The position numbers and the translations under genes are program-made. A stretch of 64,000 nt of DNA from an uncultured Chloroflexia bacterium (GTDB taxonomy: Bacteria > Chloroflexota > Limnocylindria > Limnocylindrales > CSP1-4), in NCBI GenBank assembly GCA_963713975.1, contig OY970218.1, positions 1,177,683-1,241,682 of the forward strand, in the 5' to 3' direction. Under the pieces are notes generated by a model. That model saw only the letters and a program-made list of their open reading frames with translations. It had not been told where the DNA came from and did not search any database. Below, piece after piece: positions 58,345 to 64,000 of the stretch. Within the stretch, counting starts at the first letter, position 1. The number at the start of each line of letters is the position of its first letter.

Positions 58345-59210
58345 TCGGGGCCCTCGCGGTCGGTGTCGCGGTGTTCGCGGCCCTGATGGCGTTGCTGCCA
58401 TCGCGGGCGCAACCTTCGCTTGGACTCGGGATGCGGTTGCGAGTGGCGTACGCGGCACGGATCGAGGCGGCCGCGTCACTGCTCGGCCGGGCCCGCTTGG
58501 AGATCTCGCCACGCAGCTACCTCGCGCTCTCGGTCGCGGCCCCGGTCGCCCTGGGACTCCTGGGGCTGCTGCTCTCGGTGCCGATGGGGATCCTGGGGGT
58601 CATCGTCGGCGGCCTCGTCCCGCGCTGGTACGTCCGCTATCTCGTGGGCTCCGAGGCACGCGCCGCGGCCGACGATGCGCCACGGGTCCTGCGCGCCATG
58701 GTCAACCGGGCAGCGTCCGGCGGCACGTATCCGGACCTGTTCGCGGCGGCGGCCGAGGCGGCCCGCCACCGCTGGGTGAAGGCCGACTTCGAGGAAATTC
58801 TCGGTCGCTACTACGCGAACGAGCCCCCGGCAGAGGTGCTCATCGACGTCCGCCGGCGCCAGGCGGGGCGGAACCTCGCCCTCGTCTACGACGCGCTGAT
58901 CACCCTCACCCGGACCCATCAGCCGGTCTCGGCCGCGGCCGACGTCCTGGGCTCGCTCGGCGAGGCGGCGCGCGCGAACCAGTCCATCGCCCGCCAGGCC
59001 GCCGCCGAGAGCAAGGGGCTGCGGCTCCAGGCGGCGATCCTCGCGATCGTCATCCCTGCCCTGTTCCTGTACCTCACGCTGGTCAACGGGGAACTGATTG
59101 CGCCCGTCATGGCGACCCCGCTCGGGCGCTACGTCCTGCTGCCCGCAGCCGCCCTGCTCGAAGTCGCAGGCATCGTCCTGTCCTGGCGCGTCACGAGGCT
59201 GGAGGCGTAG
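58335..59210 (+). CDS. tadB: TadB-like (T2SSF family) inner-membrane pilus assembly protein
   Basis: Topology and position after cpaF. MELIGALAVGVAVFAALMAL N-terminus. Confidence 0.65.
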   Translation: MELIGALAVGVAVFAALMALLPSRAQPSLGLGMRLRVAYAARIEAAASLLGRARLEISPRSYLALSVAAPVALGLLGLLLSVPMGILGVIVGGLVPRWYVRYLVGSEARAAADDAPRVLRAMVNRAASGGTYPDLFAAAAEAARHRWVKADFEEILGRYYANEPPAEVLIDVRRRQAGRNLALVYDALITLTRTHQPVSAAADVLGSLGEAARANQSIARQAAAESKGLRLQAAILAIVIPALFLYLTLVNGELIAPVMATPLGRYVLLPAAALLEVAGIVLSWRVTRLEA

Positions 59211-59214
59211 GGCG

Positions 59215-60120
59215 ATGGAGCTCGTGGGAACGGCCGCGGTTGCACTCGCGGTGTTCTGCCTGTGCATGGCGGTGTTCGGCGGATCGCTGCTCACGCCGCG
59301 GCGACTCGACGCGATCCGCGCGGTCGCGCTTCCGAGGCAGCAGTACGAGCGCCTCGTGTCGGACGACCAGCCGCTCTGGGAGCGGATCCTGCGCCCCGTC
59401 GCGGTGCGCCTCGCCGCCAGGGCGCCCGCATTCGCGTCCCAGGTGAGCGAGCGCGACCTCATCCGGGCTGGGTTCGACCCGCAGGTCCTCACTCCCGCCG
59501 AGGTCTACGCCGCCAAGGTGGTGCTTGCTGCCGCCATCCTCGCGGTCGGCTTCGCCCTCACCCCGCTGTTCTCCGCGGCGCTGCTGGTCGCGCTCCCGAT
59601 CGCCTTTGTGGGCTACGTGTTCCCGACCGAGTACCTGGCGTCTCGCGCCAAGGCGCGCCAGGCCCAGATCGGGCGCGAGCTCCCGGACTTCCTGGCGCTC
59701 GTGCGTCCGCTCGCCGCGAAGCACGGCCTCGAGCACGCGGTGGCGGACGTGGCCGACGCGCTCCACGAGGCGTCCGGCGGCGGCAACCTGCTCGCCCGCC
59801 AGATCCGCGGCGCCGTGGCGGCGTACGGCACGGGCACGGATCTGTACGCCGCGTTGCGCGACGTCGCGGCGGCATCGGACATCGAGGCGCTCGACGAGCT
59901 GGCCGCTGCCCTGGCGCAGTCACGAAAGCTCGGCAAGGGCGTCGGCGAGACCCTCGGCGAACACGAACGTTCGCTCCGCGACGCCGAGCGCAACCGGCTC
60001 ATCGGTGCCGCCTCGACGGTGCAGCCGAAGCTTGCCGCAATCCTGGCCGGGATCTATCTGCCCGCGTTCGTCCTGCTCATCGTGGTCCCGCTGTTCGCCT
60101 CGACACTCGGTCGAATCTAG
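59215..60120 (+). CDS. tadC: TadC-like (T2SSF family) inner-membrane pilus assembly protein
   Basis: Paralogous to the upstream gene (MELVGTAAVALAVF...). C-terminal TM LPAFVLLIVVPLFAS. Confidence 0.65.
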   Translation: MELVGTAAVALAVFCLCMAVFGGSLLTPRRLDAIRAVALPRQQYERLVSDDQPLWERILRPVAVRLAARAPAFASQVSERDLIRAGFDPQVLTPAEVYAAKVVLAAAILAVGFALTPLFSAALLVALPIAFVGYVFPTEYLASRAKARQAQIGRELPDFLALVRPLAAKHGLEHAVADVADALHEASGGGNLLARQIRGAVAAYGTGTDLYAALRDVAAASDIEALDELAAALAQSRKLGKGVGETLGEHERSLRDAERNRLIGAASTVQPKLAAILAGIYLPAFVLLIVVPLFASTLGRI

Positions 60121-60136
60121 TTACCGGAGGTGCGCC

Positions 60137-60334
60137 ATGAACCTAACTGACCTGCGACACCTGCTCCGGCGGATCTGGGCCGCGGTCCACGCCGATGAAC
60201 GGGGCCTGACGACGCTCGAGTACGTGATTGCGGCCGGGATCATCCTCGTCGTGCTGGCGGCGGCGATCCTCGCCTGGAACAACGGGCTCGCCGCGAAGAT
60301 CGGCGATCTCGTTCGTCAGCTGTCGGGGTCATGA
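60137..60334 (+). CDS. flp: Flp-family type IVb pilin
   Basis: 65 aa. Flp motif G-LTTL-EY, then a hydrophobic helix IAAGIILVVLAAAILAW. Confidence 0.8.
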   Translation: MNLTDLRHLLRRIWAAVHADERGLTTLEYVIAAGIILVVLAAAILAWNNGLAAKIGDLVRQLSGS

Positions 60335-60756
60335 GACCGCCACGGAACGCGCTGCCGGCGTGGCAGCGGCGACGAGGCGAGGCGGGAGCGGCGGCGGTCG
60401 AGGCGGTCCTCGTCGTGCCGCTCGTGCTGATCCCGGTTCTGTTTGCGGTCTTCATCTTCGGTCGTCTCGCGCACACCCGGATCGTGCTCGACGCCGCCGC
60501 TGCGGCGGGGGCGCGCCAGGCTGCCGTCGCAGGCGCAGACACGCCGACCGTCCGTGGCCGCATCGCGACCGAGCTGCGCGACGGGGGATTGAATCCGGCC
60601 CATGTCAGTGTGACCATCGAGCCATCGGTGGCCGGCTGGGGCGAGCCGATCCACATCCGCCTCGCGACCGACGAGGAGGCCGGCATCCCGTTCCTGGGCA
60701 CCTGGCCCATTCCGATGTCGTCGGAGTTCGTCACCCGGAGCGAGGTGACCCACTGA
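60331..60756 (+). CDS. TadE-like pilus assembly protein
   Basis: N-terminal AAVEAVLVVPLVLIPVLFAVFIFG = TadE-like pseudopilin motif (E-x-x-L/A-V-x-P). Confidence 0.7.
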   Translation: MRPPRNALPAWQRRRGEAGAAAVEAVLVVPLVLIPVLFAVFIFGRLAHTRIVLDAAAAAGARQAAVAGADTPTVRGRIATELRDGGLNPAHVSVTIEPSVAGWGEPIHIRLATDEEAGIPFLGTWPIPMSSEFVTRSEVTH

Positions 60757-61253
60757 TGACGCGATCGCGGACCCGGGTCGGCGAGCGTGGCCAGGTCGCC
60801 GTCTACGCGATCCTGCTGTTCCCGCTGCTCATGCTCGTCCTCACGCTGGTGCTCGCGGTCGGTTCGATCGAGGGCCTGCGGACCCGGATCCGGGCGCAGC
60901 TCGACATGGCGGCGCTCACCGCCACCCAGGCGCTCGACATCGCCGCGCTCGCGCGCGGTGGTGAGCCCGTGCTGGACGCCGCTACAGCCGACGCGCTTGC
61001 CCGTGAGTACCTCGCCCGGAACCTCGCCACCCTCGGTGATCAGATCGTCGCGTCGCCGACGTCGATTGCCGCCGCGGCCGAGGTCGTGGTCACGAACTCA
61101 GCAGGCGTCGACCCCATCACCGGCGCCTCCAATACCGCGCCGACGGTGAGCATCCGTATCAGGGTGCCGGCACGCATTCCGCTGCTCGGCCTCGCCGGGC
61201 TGGACACCACCGTCGAGCTGACGCTCACCGGCTCGGCGGCTGCGAGGAGCTGA
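60756..61253 (+). CDS. TadE/TadG-like pilus assembly protein
   Basis: GQVAVYAILLFPLLMLVLTLVLAVGS is a TadE-like N-terminus. TGATG overlap with the upstream gene. Confidence 0.6.
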   Translation: MTRSRTRVGERGQVAVYAILLFPLLMLVLTLVLAVGSIEGLRTRIRAQLDMAALTATQALDIAALARGGEPVLDAATADALAREYLARNLATLGDQIVASPTSIAAAAEVVVTNSAGVDPITGASNTAPTVSIRIRVPARIPLLGLAGLDTTVELTLTGSAAARS

Positions 61254-61255
61254 CG

Positions 61256-61822
61256 ATGACGACCCCCAGCCGCATTCGGACCCCGATCCTGGCAGTGGCA
61301 GCGATCGCTCTCGGGCTCGCGGTCGTCGGCGGAATTCTGCTCGCCGGCCGGGTGGGCGTGTCCGATGCCACGCCTTCGCCGTCGATCGCGACATCGGCGG
61401 CGCCGACCGCGACGCCGACGCCCGCCCCGACGGATCCGCTCTCGAGCCCCGAGGGGGCGGTTCGCGCGTTCTTCGCGGCTTTCGGCGAGGCTCGACGAAC
61501 CGATGATCCGTCGGCGCTCGTGGCACTCGTCACCAGCACCGACTCCTCGGCCTACCTCACGGCATCGGGGTTCCTCGCGGGTCAGAAGGCGGACGGGAAG
61601 GCGTCGGTCTTGACGACCAACGAGATCCGCGACCTGGTCGTCGTCCCCGATGGTGATCGAGCGACCGTGACGTTCCTCCACCACCAGGTTGGCTTCGACA
61701 TCGACCTCGCGACCGGCGAGCCGAAGGAGAGCCCAACTGCCCTGCCCGACGCCACCGTGCGGGTCGTCGTCGTCCGAACTGGCGATCGATGGCTCGTGGA
61801 CTCCTTCGAGAACGTCCCATGA
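61256..61822 (+). CDS. Hypothetical membrane-anchored, Pro/Thr/Ala-rich protein
   Basis: N-terminal TM, then low-complexity PSPSIATSAAPTATPTPAPT, then a globular part. Confidence 0.45.
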   Translation: MTTPSRIRTPILAVAAIALGLAVVGGILLAGRVGVSDATPSPSIATSAAPTATPTPAPTDPLSSPEGAVRAFFAAFGEARRTDDPSALVALVTSTDSSAYLTASGFLAGQKADGKASVLTTNEIRDLVVVPDGDRATVTFLHHQVGFDIDLATGEPKESPTALPDATVRVVVVRTGDRWLVDSFENVP

Positions 61823-63024
61823 GGCGGCGGCTCCTATGGCTCGGAGCTGTGGTCGCAGCCACGGCGCTCGCCCTTGTGCCGCAGGGCAGCGCCCTTGCCA
61901 TTGACGATGTCAGCGTCACGGTCAAGACCTGGCACGCGGGCGCCGGCCGCGCCTACGTCGGCGTCCAGACGGCCGGGCAGTGGGCGCCCCCGAACAGGCG
62001 GTCCTGCGTCGGCTACTACTCGACCTGGGACCACATCGCAAGGATCGACACCCGACCGGTCCGCGACGAGTGGTACGTCAAAGCGCACACGTGCTCCGGC
62101 AGCACCGTGAACCCCTTGAGTCCGACGATGGTGCTCACGAGTCGCACAAGCCCGGGCATCGGGATCCGGCGTGAGACAACGGGACGGCTCCGGCTCGACC
62201 TCGGGGTCGCAGTCGACCCTGTGACTGCTCCCGCAGGCACGGTCCGGACGGTCACGGCAGCGCTTGCCGGCGACTGGTTGGACGCGATCGGGGACGAGAT
62301 CAGCGCCTACGTCATCCGCGACTCCGTCCGCGTCCGGCGCTGGACGGTCGACTTCGGGGACGGCACGGTGCGGACCATCGCGCCCGATCCTGCTGCGCCC
62401 ACTCGGCTCGCGACGACGCATCCCTATGGCCCAGGCGAGTTCCAGGTGACGGTGACGGCGCGCGTCACGGGCACTGCCTACGGCGCCTTCTTCACGCCCG
62501 CCGGAACCCCGTTCGAGGACAGTGTCCCGTTCGCGCTCGACCTCACCAATGCCGCCACGGGGATCGCGGGGCTGCCGATCGAGTACGTCCCGCCGGTCGT
62601 CACCGTCGGTGGCAGCCCGTCGGGCTCCCTGCCGGACGGCACCACAGCCACGCCCGATGCTACCGGGCACGCGGCGATCTTCTGGCCCCGGGGCCTGCCG
62701 TGTGACCTCTTCGTCCGCCCAATCATCGAGCGGGAGGGCTTCATGCGATCGGGTGGCGTGGTCATCGGCGGCGGCAGGACGCGGCTCGTCGGGTACCGCT
62801 ACACAGCCGGCACCAACGATGCTGTCGATGCAAGCAGGAACGGCGTGTATCCCGCCGCTGTGCCCATCCGGATCCAGTGGAACACGCCGCTGCCTGGGAC
62901 AAGGTCATACCCCGTCCGGCTCGTGCTCGACCTCGAGACGACCTATGACGACGGGACCGTTCGTGCCTCGCAGGTCTCAGGGACGGTGGACGTGACCGTC
63001 GTTTACTCCGCGGTCAGCCAGTAG
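61819..63024 (+). CDS. Secreted hypothetical protein (signal peptide), possibly pilus-associated
   Basis: MRRRLLWLGAVVAATALALVPQGSALA signal peptide. ~400 aa, beta-rich composition. Confidence 0.5.
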   Translation: MRRRLLWLGAVVAATALALVPQGSALAIDDVSVTVKTWHAGAGRAYVGVQTAGQWAPPNRRSCVGYYSTWDHIARIDTRPVRDEWYVKAHTCSGSTVNPLSPTMVLTSRTSPGIGIRRETTGRLRLDLGVAVDPVTAPAGTVRTVTAALAGDWLDAIGDEISAYVIRDSVRVRRWTVDFGDGTVRTIAPDPAAPTRLATTHPYGPGEFQVTVTARVTGTAYGAFFTPAGTPFEDSVPFALDLTNAATGIAGLPIEYVPPVVTVGGSPSGSLPDGTTATPDATGHAAIFWPRGLPCDLFVRPIIEREGFMRSGGVVIGGGRTRLVGYRYTAGTNDAVDASRNGVYPAAVPIRIQWNTPLPGTRSYPVRLVLDLETTYDDGTVRASQVSGTVDVTVVYSAVSQ

Positions 63025-63037
63025 GGGAGGTGCCACC

Positions 63038-63730
63038 ATGCGTGCCCGCCGGACCGTCTACATCGTCATCTTCGTCGCGGCGAGCCTGATCGCCGCGGGC
63101 GCCTACTACCTTGCCCAGCCGCGCATCGACGTGGTGCGTGCCCGCCAGGACATCGCGGTGCTCACCCCGATCAGCGCCGACATGGTCGAGCTCGTCCGGG
63201 TCAGCCCGCTCGGTGCCCCATCCTCCTCGGCCCGCTCGCTCGACGCCGTCGTCGGGCAATATGCGGCGCTGCCGATCCTCGCCGGTCAGGACGTCGATAC
63301 CCGGGCGATCGAGGTGACGCCCGGGTCGCAAGCCTTCGGCTTCGGAGCACCGCTCGGTCCCGGCGAGGTCGCCTTCGCGCTCCCTGTCGCTGCCGACCAG
63401 GCGGTCGGCGGTGCGTTGTCGCCTGGTGCCCGTGTCGACGTCATCGCCGTCCCCAACGAGCTCAAGACCGGCTTGGCTGCGGCGAGTCCCGGGCCCGGCG
63501 CGGTCACGATGGGCCAGGGTCTCACGATCCTTGCGCTGCGGACGAGCGACGGACACCAGCTCACCGATGTGGCAGCCGGCGGATCGACGGCGGTCGTCCC
63601 GCCGAAGCTCGGCTCCGTGGTCGTCGCCATTCCCGCAGAGCGAGTCGCCGACTTCGCGACCGCGGCGCTGACCTCGACGTTCTACCTGGCCCTCGACCCG
63701 GGACAGCCGGGGGCGGCGGCGGTGCCGTGA
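63038..63730 (+). CDS. cpaB: CpaB/RcpC-family Flp pilus assembly protein (SAF domain)
   Basis: N-terminal TM, then ARQDIAVLTPISADMVELVRVSP...ILAGQ (SAF-domain pattern). Confidence 0.65.
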   Translation: MRARRTVYIVIFVAASLIAAGAYYLAQPRIDVVRARQDIAVLTPISADMVELVRVSPLGAPSSSARSLDAVVGQYAALPILAGQDVDTRAIEVTPGSQAFGFGAPLGPGEVAFALPVAADQAVGGALSPGARVDVIAVPNELKTGLAAASPGPGAVTMGQGLTILALRTSDGHQLTDVAAGGSTAVVPPKLGSVVVAIPAERVADFATAALTSTFYLALDPGQPGAAAVP

Positions 63731-64000
63731 CCAGAACCTTGCGCTGATTGGTCGTCGAGCCCGCTGGCCCTGAGGATCGGGCACCTGCCGGTCCGCTGAC
63801 CGGCGATCTGCCTGGGACCAGCCGCGGGTCGGCCAGGCCCTCGCGGAGCGCAACGCGAGACGGAGGCGTCCTGCCTGCTATCGCAGGATCGACGCGACCG
63901 CCTGCTCCCTCTTCTTTGAGAGCGCGCCGATCTGATCTCGCGGATGTTGCCGTCCGCGCTGATGAAGATGTGCGTCGGGATCCCCGCGAAACGGTAGGCG

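Noticed and set aside
1-64000. CRISPR arrays, rRNA, tRNA.
   Set aside because: No regularly spaced direct repeats with unique spacers were found. The only long tandem array (51289-51600) is coding and spacer-less. No rRNA-like or cloverleaf tRNA sequence was recognised.

Overview
High-GC (~70%) actinobacterial-type chromosomal segment with no rRNA, tRNA or CRISPR array detectable by eye. The first ~7 kb is a paralog cluster of medium-chain (zinc-type) dehydrogenase/quinone-oxidoreductase genes, two intact and three decayed, wrapped around a MacB/FtsX-like ABC exporter pair, together with an orphan HNH endonuclease. From 7.8 to 13 kb there is a NarL-type two-component system (kinase and two response regulators), an alpha/beta hydrolase and a CPBP protease. 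From 13 to 28 kb the content is accessory-like: a TrxR-like flavoprotein with a REC-like N-terminus, a DHFR-family protein, peptidase E, a divergent pair of Fic genes (one 5'-truncated), and an adenosine deaminase gene flanked by direct repeats that are decayed copies of the 3' end of a large serine recombinase gene. A fourth copy of that recombinase tail lies at 28.66 kb. The same span carries several membrane proteins, two LuxR-type ATPase regulators (one truncated) and an MFS transporter. From 28.2 to 45.7 kb there is a defense-island-like region. It opens with a tightly overlapped DNA methyltransferase, NurA-like nuclease and HerA-like ATPase operon, which is my top candidate for an undescribed restriction-like system. 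It also holds a MmeI-like Type IIL enzyme preceded by a frameshifted PD-ExK nuclease-domain gene, an AlbA_2/Schlafen-like protein, a possible TIR-like protein, an excisionase-HTH/Zn-ribbon protein, an FtsH peptidase-domain pseudogene and several frameshifted hypothetical genes. From 45.7 to 53 kb the genes are ordinary (epimerase, DCC, SRPBCC, NmrA-like), plus a cluster of unknowns that includes a (TGPGGGLS)x13 tandem-repeat protein. From 53 to 63.7 kb there are two orphan Phd/YefM-like genes followed by a Tad/Flp pilus locus (CpaE-like, CpaF, TadB, TadC, Flp, two TadE-like, CpaB) with unusual additional membrane and secreted proteins. A conserved ~65-nt non-coding element occurs twice upstream of unrelated operons. 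Many long antisense ORFs in the six-frame track are high-GC artefacts and were ignored.
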